A stretch of DNA of 64,000 nucleotides from a virus, in IMG/VR virus record IMGVR_UViG_3300029651_000001, positions 1 through 64,000 of that record. The stretch is one strand, 5' to 3'. Shown piece after piece: positions 1 to 8,216 of this stretch; the first letter of the stretch is position 1; each line of letters begins with the position of its first letter. A program made the position numbers and the translations under genes. The notes below the pieces were generated by a model. That model did not search any database. It was not told where the DNA came from and saw nothing but the letters and a program-made list of their open reading frames with translations.

Positions 1-249
1 GCAGGGCCCGACCTTGCGGAGTTGGTACCGAAGTACCGGAAAAACCACTCTTCCGAATGGTTAATCCGCTACTACCGTAGCCCTTGCCCTGCATTGCCTC
101 GCCCTACCCAGCCCTGCCTAGCCATGCCTCGCCGGGCAGGGCCCGACCTTGCGGAGTTGGTACCGAAGTACCGGAAAAACCACTCTTCCGAATGGTTAAT
201 CCGCTACTACCGTAGCCCTTGCCCTGCAGCGCATTGCCTCGCCCTACCC
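1..249. repeat. Tandem direct repeat with a 135-bp period (copies 1-109 and 136-249; the 93-nt cores 1-93 and 136-228 are identical)
   Basis: GCAGGGCCCGACC...GCCCTGCA occurs twice. The flank TTGCCTCGCCCTACCC is repeated after a 5-nt insertion. Each core is closed by a 7-bp stem GCAGGGC/GCCCTGC. The window may truncate further copies. Confidence 0.9.
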
Positions 250-286
250 TGCTCGGCCGTGCAGTACCGCGCCAAACATCTTTAGT

Positions 287-304
287 TGGTGGAGCTGACC
301 ACCA
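287..304 (-). terminator. Stem-loop in the nrdB 3' region (6-bp stem; loop UCAGCU in transcript sense)
   Basis: + strand reads TGGTGG AGCTGA CCACCA. It is one of several hairpins between 286 and 400 downstream of the nrdB stop. There is no clear U-tract. Confidence 0.35.
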
Positions 305-403
305 GAACTACCTCTTAGAAAGAGGGCAGCCTGCTGATTACTCAGCCCTCGCTTTGGAACGCTCTGCGAAGCAAGGCTTTACCTTGCCTAACGGCGCTGT
401 ACA

Positions 404-1435
404 TTACAGAGCCGGGGCTGTTGGTAATTGTTTCCAATTCACCACATCATCCAGCCCAGAACTCTCGAACTCCAGCTTCACGCCGGACTGATATTCCTGG
501 TTGTGTTTCTCGAAAAAGTTGGTCTCCCGCTTCAGCTCCATCATCTCGGACAACCACGGTAAGGCACATCTGGCCCCGAACTCCGGCTCGAACCCGAGCT
601 TGTCTAAAGCTGTGTCCATGAGCCACTTGAAGTGCTCGATATGAAGATCCGGGCTATAACCTAAGATCGAGGGGATCGCGTGCCGGGCGTAGATCGCCTC
701 GGCGTCCAGGGCTTCCCGAATGATCGACACCACATCAGCACGGCTCAGGTAGTACCCGGTTTCCTCCTGGATCGTCGTGATTAACTTGACCCCGAACGGG
801 AAATGCCCGGCTAACTCATCCCGCAGGATGTAGGAAATCTGTTCCCCGGTGCCTGACATCAGGTTCCGTCGGGCCAGGCCCAACAGGGCCGCGAAGGAAC
901 AAGGGAAGTAACCACCTTCGACGCAGACGTAGAAGAACGTCAACCCTTTTAGAAATTGCTGCGGGGAGTCACCATATTGAGTTAACCAATCCGTGTGCCT
1001 ACGGATCAGGTCGAACTTTTGAGAGATCTCAGGCACCTTGCGGTACACGCCATAGATCTCTTGCTGATCCAGCCCGAGGCACTCGATGATGTGCTGGTAA
1101 CTTAGGCTGTGAATCCCTTCTTCCGCCAGCTGCCGGCCGAGTAATAGCTGAACTTCGGGCGCCGAGACCTTTTCATACAAAGCCACGGCGATGTTCCTCG
1201 CCACGGCCAAATCCTGCGTCGTTAATACCGCGAGCACTGTGGTGAACATCTCGGCTTCCACCGGCGACAAAGCTTTATTTTTCCACTGCTCGACGTCCTT
1301 GCTCATCTGGACTTGGAACGGGGTCCAGTGGTTCGCCAAGCTCTTCAGGGTTGCGTCCCAGGCCCAGATGTACTGGAAGGGAGCCAAATTGAATAGGGAG
1401 GGATCCCCGCCAATGATTCTTTTGCCTTCTATCAT
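404..1435 (-). CDS. nrdB: Ribonucleotide reductase class I small (beta) subunit
   Basis: Ferritin-like diiron motifs EEGIHSLSY, FFYVCVEGGYF and ILRDELAGH. Start trimmed to ATG 1435 (MIEGKR), just after the leader motif/GGAGA. The ORF-track extension to 1483 runs through hairpin 1461-1479. Confidence 0.9.
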   Translation of the reverse strand: MIEGKRIIGGDPSLFNLAPFQYIWAWDATLKSLANHWTPFQVQMSKDVEQWKNKALSPVEAEMFTTVLAVLTTQDLAVARNIAVALYEKVSAPEVQLLLGRQLAEEGIHSLSYQHIIECLGLDQQEIYGVYRKVPEISQKFDLIRRHTDWLTQYGDSPQQFLKGLTFFYVCVEGGYFPCSFAALLGLARRNLMSGTGEQISYILRDELAGHFPFGVKLITTIQEETGYYLSRADVVSIIREALDAEAIYARHAIPSILGYSPDLHIEHFKWLMDTALDKLGFEPEFGARCALPWLSEMMELKRETNFFEKHNQEYQSGVKLEFESSGLDDVVNWKQLPTAPAL

Positions 1436-1460
1436 CTCAATCTCAATCTCCAAAGGGTTA

Positions 1461-1479
1461 GGCCGGTGTGCTGCCGGCC
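1461..1479 (-). terminator. Intergenic stem-loop, conserved CAGCACA-loop class
   Basis: + strand reads GGCCGG TGTGCTG CCGGCC. In transcript sense it is followed directly by TAACCCTTTGGAGA. Confidence 0.6.
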
Positions 1480-1701
1480 TCACAGTAAATGACTAGGGAT
1501 GTCCTTAAATGCCTGGTGGTCCGCAGGTACGACGCCCACGGCATCCTCCGTATCCCTTACACCGGCCCGGTAGGCTGCTTTTATCAAGCGTTCTGCTACA
1601 TCGGCACGTACTTTGTTTTGCTTAACTCCACTGATATCCGCTAGCCGAGTGTCTTCCAGATTCAGCAGGATATTTTTCAGTCGATCGCTCATGCCTTTCA
1701 T
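1480..1701 (-). CDS. Hypothetical protein (73 aa)
   Basis: ATG 1701 overlaps the upstream stop (ATGA), with GGAG just upstream. Alternative ATG at 1692. The N-terminal extension to 1782 is dropped. Confidence 0.5.
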   Translation of the reverse strand: MKGMSDRLKNILLNLEDTRLADISGVKQNKVRADVAERLIKAAYRAGVRDTEDAVGVVPADHQAFKDIPSHLL

Positions 1702-1904
1702 GTCTCCACCATTGCCTCTACAAACCTGACGAACTCCTTCTCCCTCGCCTCGTCCACCGCATCCGCGGCCAGCCTGAGGCACTTGGCCAAGCCGTCCTCC
1801 CGTCGGTGTTGAAAGCGAGTGATCACCTGGCGGTTGATCCGGACTTCGTAGTCGTGAGGGCCGGTTTCCGCCGGCCGTTCGGTCACATTGACGATCGCGA
1901 TCAT
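1698..1904 (-). CDS. Hypothetical protein (68 aa)
   Basis: Begins MIAIVNVTERPAETGPHDYEV. ATG 1904 lies 2 nt after the stop of 1907..2104. Confidence 0.55.
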   Translation of the reverse strand: MIAIVNVTERPAETGPHDYEVRINRQVITRFQHRREDGLAKCLRLAADAVDEAREKEFVRFVEAMVET

Positions 1905-1906
1905 TC

Positions 1907-2104
1907 CTAGTATGCCTCCGCCAGCTCCTTCAACTCCTTTTCGACTTTCGGCCAACAGATGCTGCAGTAGTGCCGGTAACTGTGATCCGGATCCGTACCC
2001 CAACCGGCCAACTTCATTGTGATTTCCGGGGTGTCGCATTCGTCGACTTCAAGGGTGTTCCCACAGTCGAGGCCATCACATTTGACAACAGTTTGAATGG
2101 TCAT
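1907..2104 (-). CDS. Small Cys-rich protein (65 aa)
   Basis: Cys pairs KCDGLDCGN and HYCSICW. RBS is GGAGAAACC-ATG. Confidence 0.55.
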   Translation of the reverse strand: MTIQTVVKCDGLDCGNTLEVDECDTPEITMKLAGWGTDPDHSYRHYCSICWPKVEKELKELAEAY

Positions 2105-2116
2105 GGTTTCTCCAGG

Positions 2117-2371
2117 TTAACAATCACACGAGCAACCGCCGCCAGAGCTTCCAGAGTCACAGCCCCCCGAGCTGCCGTAAACCGGCGTGTGACTGGAGGA
2201 CGCCGAGGAGCTCGACGATCTCGAGCAGGCCCTCGCCGGCTTAACTGGCGGCATCGTCGGACAGTTCCTCGCCTTGCGCACCCCCCGATCCCACGGTCTC
2301 GGCGGCTGGACTTCCTCGGAAGCAGCAATTGATCGGCTCTTCTTGAATAGATTCTTCAGCCAATTGAGCAT
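2117..2371 (-). CDS. Possible overlapping small ORF (84 aa; Cys/Gly/Ser-rich C-terminus)
   Basis: Good RBS (GAGGTG N4 ATG) and a stop 12 nt before the next start. However, it overlaps the 3' end of 2241..2609 by 131 nt and is Ser/Arg/Pro-rich like an off-frame read. Confidence 0.25.
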   Translation of the reverse strand: MLNWLKNLFKKSRSIAASEEVQPPRPWDRGVRKARNCPTMPPVKPARACSRSSSSSASSSHTPVYGSSGGCDSGSSGGGCSCDC

Positions 2372-2609
2372 GTAACACCTCGTTTAACTTCTTCAGGAAT
2401 TCTTCATACGCTGCCTTGCAGCCGATTCGCCGCTTGATGTGCGGCGGGATCTTCGGCAGGTACCCGAAGGCCACATAACCTTCGTCGGCCCAGGTCCCAA
2501 GCACAGCGGTCCCGGTGTAACCCAGCAAAAGAAGCTTCTTGCCTTTCGGCGCGGGCTCTTCAAGAGGGTCGATCCACCAGACGATGGGCGCAGTCTTGGG
2601 CTCGATCAC
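2241..2609 (-). CDS. Hypothetical protein (122 aa)
   Basis: GTG 2609 overlaps the upstream stop (GTGA), with GAGGAG 6 nt upstream. The last ~35 aa are low-complexity. Confidence 0.55.
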   Translation of the reverse strand: MIEPKTAPIVWWIDPLEEPAPKGKKLLLLGYTGTAVLGTWADEGYVAFGYLPKIPPHIKRRIGCKAAYEEFLKKLNEVLHAQLAEESIQEEPINCCFRGSPAAETVGSGGAQGEELSDDAAS

Positions 2610-3004
2610 TCGGGACTCCTCAGAGGAGCACCTTCCTCAAGCATCTTTTCCAGTACCGCCAATTCATTCCAAGCCTTATGAGCCTGATGCAGCAGTTCGG
2701 AATCCTTGTCGTAAGGCCCTTCGATGACTTCCTTGATGGTGTGGCGCTCGCTGGCGTCCCCGTAACGGTTAATGGCATCTGGCACGTCCCGCCAACCACC
2801 CCACAAGTATTTCTCGGCCCCGTGCTGAGAGACAAACGCAACGGCTTCCAAGGCTCGCGGGAAGTACTGCAGGACGCCTCGCTTAATTGGTGGCTTGCCG
2901 GCGTCCAGCTTGGCTCCCGGGGAGTGAGGGGAGCGGCCTGTAGGATCCGTCTCCTGCAGAGTTGGTAGTTTGGGCACACTGGCCCCCCGTAAGTTTTCAG
3001 GCAT
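2606..3004 (-). CDS. DUF5664-like protein (dATP/dGTP diphosphohydrolase N-terminal-like fold, tentative)
   Basis: The pattern GAKLDAGKPP...ALEAVAFVSQHGAEKY...W...RYGDASERH resembles that phage family, from memory. Start trimmed to ATG 3004 after the leader motif at 3011-3024. Confidence 0.55.
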   Translation of the reverse strand: MPENLRGASVPKLPTLQETDPTGRSPHSPGAKLDAGKPPIKRGVLQYFPRALEAVAFVSQHGAEKYLWGGWRDVPDAINRYGDASERHTIKEVIEGPYDKDSELLHQAHKAWNELAVLEKMLEEGAPLRSPE

Positions 3005-3104
3005 GACACATCTCCAAAGGGTTAACGAAGTTCGGTACTTACTGAATACGGAATGTCGTTGGTTGAGATCGCGGTTCTGCAAGTCCCGTAGGTTCTCCAA
3101 AGAG

Positions 3105-3389
3105 TTAAATCCCGGTGCTGGCGTACCAGTAGAGCCAGGAGAGGATGCCTGCTCCCCCGACTAATGCCCCCAGAAGGAAGTAAATCAGCAAGGCTACCCA
3201 ACTGAGGCTTCTGCTGTCCTCGAAAAGCTCGTCGTTCGCTTGTTCCAGCTGCTTAATAGTGTCCCTCCAGTCGCTGTACAACTCATCCAACGTCTCCGCC
3301 CCTTCGGCGATGGAGTCCGCGGCCTCCCTGAATGTTTTCTGCAATGCTTTTACTTGCACCATAGGGTCCTGCTTATCGGCGTCACCCAT
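3105..3389 (-). CDS. Membrane-anchored hypothetical protein (94 aa)
   Basis: AAGGAG RBS. C-terminal hydrophobic segment WVALLIYFLLGALVGGAGILSWLYW. Confidence 0.6.
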   Translation of the reverse strand: MGDADKQDPMVQVKALQKTFREAADSIAEGAETLDELYSDWRDTIKQLEQANDELFEDSRSLSWVALLIYFLLGALVGGAGILSWLYWYASTGI

Positions 3390-3401
3390 TCCGTACTCCT
3401 T

Positions 3402-5570
3402 TTAAGTCAAAGTTATCACGTTACCTGCGTTGACAGCGTCACCCATCCGGTGACTGACCATCACAACTTGTGCGCCTAATCCTTGCAACATCCCGGCGAC
3501 TCTCGCCGCGTTCTCATCAGTCAAGTCCGCGCTCGGTTCGTCCAGCAGCATCGGCAGGTCTGCTCCATAGAAGACGCGAGCCAGAGCCACCCGGAGCCAC
3601 TGCCCGGTGATCGATGCCTCGCCGCCGGAGAGCTCCGACACCGGGATCTGCCGGCCGTTGTAAGCCACATAGAAGTCGCCACTGTTGGAACGGGTCACGT
3701 CCCTGATCAGTCCGTTCGTAGTGGTGTTTAGCAAGTGGTTGGCATAGTTAAGGAGCCCATCCCACACTTCCGCGGACCAGCGGGCCCGATTCTTCCGGAG
3801 GAATCTGTCGAGCTGGCCAAGGGTGTGCTGCTTCTTGCGGAGTTCGTCCAGCTGGGCTGCGGCAGTCTTGGCGGCTTCGATGCTGCGGGTGACGTTGTCG
3901 AGCTCTTGTTGGGTCGCTCTGACCTCGCCCGACAAGCGCATGACTTCAGCCTCCGACTGGCCCTTTACCGCCCGCCAATCCGTCAGCGCTTTCTGCAAGG
4001 ACGCGAGGTCTGGAGCCGTGCCTAGCTCTGCCAGCTGCGCCTCGTAGTGTTGGATGGCCCCGAGGTTTTTGTTCAGCGTAGCTTCCTCGCTGTCGCGTTT
4101 CGCCCTCTGGCCGACGACGTGGGCCAGTACGGACTGCCTGTTCTGACTCGCTTGAAGCAGCGCAGTACTTCGGGCAGACGCCTGATCCAACTGGGCCTGT
4201 AAGACGGTTGTCTCAGGAATCGGGCTCAGTTCTTTCCGCAAGGACTCCGCGGCCTTTTGCGCCGCTTCGAACTGGGCTGCCAGATTCGGCCTATACAGCC
4301 TCGTCAGTCTCGCCTTCTCGGCGCGAGCCCGGTTGTACTGCTCGGTGGCCGTTGCTACGGCCTGAACGGCCCCATTCTGATGCCTCTCTGCAGATGCGAA
4401 AGCTTCTTCCGCCCGTGCCTTTTCCTCTTCGGAGAACGGCCGGTGGCAACTCTGGCACACCGCGTTGAGAACGGCCATACGGGCCTCGTTCGTGGCCCGT
4501 ATGGCGACCCGGACCTGTGATTCAGCGTCGGCCATCCGCTGGTACAGTTCGTCGACGCGAGGACCCACCTCTTGTAGCTTCTGCTCGGCCGCCTGGGACT
4601 CCGAGATCTCCGCCTGCGATCCTTCCAGGAAAGCTTCCTTGTCCGCCAAGGCCGATTCAAGTCGGGCCCGTTCCTTCAGTTGCGAGCGGGCGGCCAGGAC
4701 CTGGGTTTGAGTCTCGGCAGCCTGCCGGTCGAGGTCTTGCAGCTCAGCCTGCAGGACGCTGGAATCCGGCAACTTGGCAAGATCCTCCTCCAGCCTCTGC
4801 AAGGCGGCCCGGGATTGGTCCACCCAAGTTTTGTGTTGTTGGAGGTTGCGGATGACGCTGTCGATCTGGTTGTGCTTCCGGAGCGCTGCTTGGTAGTCGG
4901 TTTCCGCTTGCTCCAGGGCCGTCCGGAACCGAGCCAGGGCCTCGGTCTCGACCTCCAGATCCGTCTCTTTCTGCTCGAGCTCAGCCTTCAACTGGTCCCG
5001 CCGTGCCACCAGGACGGTCACATCCGGGATCTCTCCTATCCCGGCAATCTGCCCCTCAACGAAGGACACGTCCTTAGAAACCAGGGTCAGCACCTTGTCG
5101 ATGAGATCGATCTTGGCAAGGTCCTCCACCCGCTTCTGGAGCCCGGTGGCGCCCATCGCCAGCAACGCCTGCGCCTCGCCTTGCTTGGAGTACGCCAGCA
5201 GCTGGAAGTCCTTGTAGCCGATGCCGAGGGCCTCCTCCACAAACGCGGTGACGGCCGAGGTGCCGGAGGCCAGAAGGACGCCGTTGGCGTCCATAACCTT
5301 GGCCGACTTCGGCGTCCGGACGATCGTGCAGCGGGGGTACCCGGGCAGGTCGAGCGTCAGCTCGACCTTGTGGCTGTCCGCGTCCCAGTGGGTCACGTTC
5401 GATTTGTCGAGCCCGGCGCCCTGGACCCCGAACAGGGCGTACAAGACTCCCTTCAGGCTGTTTGACTTCCCAGCCCCATTCGGGCCGGTGATGACGTTCA
5501 TACCTTGATCGAAGGTGGCCGATAGGCTTTTGTGGGTTTTGAAATTCTCAAGCTGAAGGCTGTGTAACAT
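3402..5570 (-). CDS. sbcC: SbcC/Rad50-like ATPase (recombination nuclease subunit)
   Basis: Walker A GPNGAGKSN, a long coiled coil with a CxxC hook (CQSCHRPF), the LSGGE signature and Walker B LLDEPSADL. Adjacent to an SbcD-like gene. Confidence 0.85.
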   Translation of the reverse strand: MLHSLQLENFKTHKSLSATFDQGMNVITGPNGAGKSNSLKGVLYALFGVQGAGLDKSNVTHWDADSHKVELTLDLPGYPRCTIVRTPKSAKVMDANGVLLASGTSAVTAFVEEALGIGYKDFQLLAYSKQGEAQALLAMGATGLQKRVEDLAKIDLIDKVLTLVSKDVSFVEGQIAGIGEIPDVTVLVARRDQLKAELEQKETDLEVETEALARFRTALEQAETDYQAALRKHNQIDSVIRNLQQHKTWVDQSRAALQRLEEDLAKLPDSSVLQAELQDLDRQAAETQTQVLAARSQLKERARLESALADKEAFLEGSQAEISESQAAEQKLQEVGPRVDELYQRMADAESQVRVAIRATNEARMAVLNAVCQSCHRPFSEEEKARAEEAFASAERHQNGAVQAVATATEQYNRARAEKARLTRLYRPNLAAQFEAAQKAAESLRKELSPIPETTVLQAQLDQASARSTALLQASQNRQSVLAHVVGQRAKRDSEEATLNKNLGAIQHYEAQLAELGTAPDLASLQKALTDWRAVKGQSEAEVMRLSGEVRATQQELDNVTRSIEAAKTAAAQLDELRKKQHTLGQLDRFLRKNRARWSAEVWDGLLNYANHLLNTTTNGLIRDVTRSNSGDFYVAYNGRQIPVSELSGGEASITGQWLRVALARVFYGADLPMLLDEPSADLTDENAARVAGMLQGLGAQVVMVSHRMGDAVNAGNVITLT

Positions 5571-5585
5571 AGGGCTCCAAAGGGT

Positions 5586-5882
5586 TCATTGGGGAATGTA
5601 ACGAATCTGGGCTCCTGCCCGCAGGCGGGGTTCCCACGTCTCTAAACCAGTAGGTTGAGCAACTTCGACCAACTCACCATTAAATAACTTAAGCCTGGAG
5701 AGTAAAACCAGCCTGTCGTTGTATAGGGTCAGGCGCCTAGCGATAACGTGCCCAAACCCGTACGTGTTTATTGTGTGATCATCGAAGTAGGTCACGGCTA
5801 ACCCGATCTTCGGTTTAATGCTCGTCCAAGGCGATGATTTAAGGAGCGTCTTCGCACGGGCTATCAGGTCTTCGGACACCAT
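5586..5882 (-). CDS. Hypothetical protein (98 aa)
   Basis: ATG 5882 (MVSEDL) lies 2 nt after the sbcD-like stop. The track extension to 5921 is dropped. Confidence 0.55.
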   Translation of the reverse strand: MVSEDLIARAKTLLKSSPWTSIKPKIGLAVTYFDDHTINTYGFGHVIARRLTLYNDRLVLLSRLKLFNGELVEVAQPTGLETWEPRLRAGAQIRYIPQ

Positions 5883-5884
5883 GG

Positions 5885-6946
5885 CTAGCCTCCCAGTAGC
5901 CTGGCGGCGTAGGCCTCCCAAAGTGACAACAATTCCGGCGCGTCCTTCAGCTCCGAGGCCACCCGGCTCGGGAGGTCCTGCAACTTGGTGACCGTGCCGT
6001 CGGCTTGCGGGAGGTTGGCTTGGGCGACTTGGACGCTATTTCGTAGCATCAGGAGGTCAGGCAACGCTTTCCAGTGATCTGAGACTGTCTTTGCGATCTC
6101 GGGCATCTTCTCGGCTGGCGCCATGCCAGTGACCTCCATGAACTGAATTTGCGCGTCCTTCCAGTCCGCAGTAGGCGTATTGAGTAGCTCCTCCCACGTC
6201 AGCCTGATGTACCCTACCGTAGCGTCCCAAATCTTGTGAGGGATCAACTTCCCGTCCTTGAATTCCCAAACGAATTTGTCCGAGATGTCCGAGAACGACG
6301 TCGGGTGGGTGTTGCCCAAGATCTGAAGCCGGCCGCCGAAATCCGCCCGCGGGATGTGCTCGTGCCCCAGCAGGATGTAATCGAACACCCGTAGGAGTTC
6401 CTCCGCCTTCGCCCGGGTCAGGTTGAGCGAGGCGTCGTTATCAGCGAAGCCGGAGTCGTAGTTGCAGTGGAGGCAGAGGATTGTTGGCACCGCTTTATGC
6501 TGGGAGACTGTACTCGCTTTCACCTCCTCTAGAGACTGATCGAATAGCTGCTGGGTTGCCATGTGGGGCACGAAATAGACAGAAGCTTCATTTTCCCATC
6601 GAAAGTCAAACCCCGGCTCGCCCACCTCCCCCGAGATCACCTTGTCCGGGTAAACCGACTGAATCAGTTGCAACGACGACTTGCGGCCTTCCCGGTTAGG
6701 GCAGTCGTGGTTGCCGGCGATGACGCCATCGATCTCGTTAACGACGGCCATGCCTTGCAGGATCACAGCTTCATCATTGCTCTCGGTATCGAACAAATCC
6801 CCCAAGCAGTACACGCTTTCCCCCCTGGGAAAACAGTAATGTGTTTGCAGGAACATCTTCTGCTTGAGTTTCGTCCTCGCCGCCGGTGTCGTGTGGCTGG
6901 TACGCTCCAACCCTAGATGCGGATCACTAAAAAACCAAATACTCAT
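5885..6946 (-). CDS. sbcD: SbcD/Mre11-like metallophosphoesterase nuclease
   Basis: Calcineurin-like motifs FFSDPHLG, LGDLFD, AGNHD, LHCNYD and LGHEH. AAGGAGGG RBS. Confidence 0.85.
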   Translation of the reverse strand: MSIWFFSDPHLGLERTSHTTPAARTKLKQKMFLQTHYCFPRGESVYCLGDLFDTESNDEAVILQGMAVVNEIDGVIAGNHDCPNREGRKSSLQLIQSVYPDKVISGEVGEPGFDFRWENEASVYFVPHMATQQLFDQSLEEVKASTVSQHKAVPTILCLHCNYDSGFADNDASLNLTRAKAEELLRVFDYILLGHEHIPRADFGGRLQILGNTHPTSFSDISDKFVWEFKDGKLIPHKIWDATVGYIRLTWEELLNTPTADWKDAQIQFMEVTGMAPAEKMPEIAKTVSDHWKALPDLLMLRNSVQVAQANLPQADGTVTKLQDLPSRVASELKDAPELLSLWEAYAARLLGG

Positions 6947-6955
6947 CGACCCTCC

Positions 6956-7660
6956 TTATGCAGACATACGTAGAGCTTGTTCGGTAAACCCATACTTCGC
7001 AGCCAGTTGCGCCTTATCGGTGTGTCTCAGATGGTTGGCAGGCAAGACTTCAACCAAGCTTCCCTTCAGGACTTTCACAATTCCTTGATCTTCCAAAGCA
7101 TTAAGCGCATACGTCGTCATCTCCCTGGAACACCTTGCAAGCTTGGCTAATACCGCTCTCGGCGCAGCGATTCTTCTAGTTCTGTTACCTAACTCTTCAT
7201 TGCTTTTTAATAAGTCAAGCAGCGCCAAATATACTCGGTCTTCTACCTTTCTGAATTCCCGACTGGCTATAGCCTTACTCAGGTTTAGTACTGTAGACGA
7301 TACTTGGACCAATATTGCCTCTAATACTTCAGCCCTAACATCGGCCGACATTGCTATTAGGGATTTTCTGAGAGCTCCCTTCGATATGGTTGCGACGCAT
7401 GACTCTACCTCAGCGGTCACCAGATAATCAAACGGCTGGCTCCCGAAAACCGTTTCCACTCCTACTATGCTGCCGCACCCTGCCCTGTATAGCAGAGTGC
7501 TTCTGTTGTCATCTTCCTCTTCACTAAGCACCTCAACAGAGAGCCCTCCGTGAATTACATAATACAGTCCGTCTAACCTTTTTCTATCCGTTAGTGGTTC
7601 GCCTTTTCTTACTAGACGCGATTCCCCTATTTTCAAAAATACTGTATGCAATGAATGCAT
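6956..7660 (-). CDS. Crp/Fnr-family transcriptional regulator (cNMP-binding domain plus C-terminal HTH)
   Basis: N-terminal beta-roll pattern (LVRKGEPL...LYYVIHGGLSVEV...LLYRAGCGSIVGVE...AEVESCVATI). HTH RAVLAKLARCSREMTTYALNALEDQGIV. Visibly AT-richer than its neighbours and lacks the leader motif. Confidence 0.8.
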   Translation of the reverse strand: MHSLHTVFLKIGESRLVRKGEPLTDRKRLDGLYYVIHGGLSVEVLSEEEDDNRSTLLYRAGCGSIVGVETVFGSQPFDYLVTAEVESCVATISKGALRKSLIAMSADVRAEVLEAILVQVSSTVLNLSKAIASREFRKVEDRVYLALLDLLKSNEELGNRTRRIAAPRAVLAKLARCSREMTTYALNALEDQGIVKVLKGSLVEVLPANHLRHTDKAQLAAKYGFTEQALRMSA

Positions 7661-7762
7661 GATGACATACCCCTATCTACCCCAAGTGCACATATTTTAC
7701 AGAAGACATCCGACAGCGTCCGTGAGAAAGACCGTAATACTATTCGTTTCTGGTGAGTTAGT

Positions 7763-8206
7763 TCACAGTTTCCTTACTGTTGTCATGATAAGGTCATGCA
7801 TATCTTCGATAACCCCAGATAATCTCGGTATTGTTTTGGATCCGTTCCGACACGCTTGAAGTACATCAACACCGTCGAAAAAATCCAAACGACCTTCCGT
7901 AAGGTCGGCGTACACATACCTCGATGGTTGGCCCGCTCGATGCCAAAGGGCGTGCTTTCCAAGCTGACCACGGTCTTCTTTTGCAAGCGCCACGACAGAC
8001 TCTCCAGTCACCGTGGACTTGCACTCCAACAAGACGGCGGCGCGAGGAACGACTAACAGGAAATCCCCTGGTTGCTTAGGCAAATACATTCCCCTTGCCG
8101 CCTTGGTGTCAGGGAAGCGATATGCAAATCCAGGGTGTTTCTTGCAGTAAGTGGTCAGTGCCCCCTGCAGTAGATCCTGCAGCTTAGTTCCGTCGTTCCT
8201 CGCCAC
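7763..8206 (-). CDS. PD-(D/E)xK-type nuclease-like protein (possible resolvase or endonuclease)
   Basis: PGDFLLV...LLECKS resembles a D...ExK catalytic core. AAGGAGG RBS. The second GTG (8206) has better spacing than the first (8209). Confidence 0.45.
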   Translation of the reverse strand: MARNDGTKLQDLLQGALTTYCKKHPGFAYRFPDTKAARGMYLPKQPGDFLLVVPRAAVLLECKSTVTGESVVALAKEDRGQLGKHALWHRAGQPSRYVYADLTEGRLDFFDGVDVLQACRNGSKTIPRLSGVIEDMHDLIMTTVRKL

Positions 8207-8216
8207 CACAGCCTCC

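Noticed and set aside
1-93. Possible tRNA, because of the 7-bp closing stem and the cloverleaf-like set of hairpins.
   Set aside because: No T-loop (GTTCRANNC-type), no 7-nt anticodon loop flanked by U33 and a purine at position 37, no D-loop GG and no CCA or discriminator geometry on either strand. Reported instead as a structured repeat.
286-400. Possible tRNA-Arg(UCU)-like element. In minus sense, CCCUC UUUCUAA GAGG could form an anticodon-like loop next to a GGUGG UCAGCU CCACC arm.
   Set aside because: The putative T-loop has 6 nt and the wrong sequence, and no complementary acceptor strands exist. The same bases form simpler alternative hairpins in the nrdB 3' UTR.
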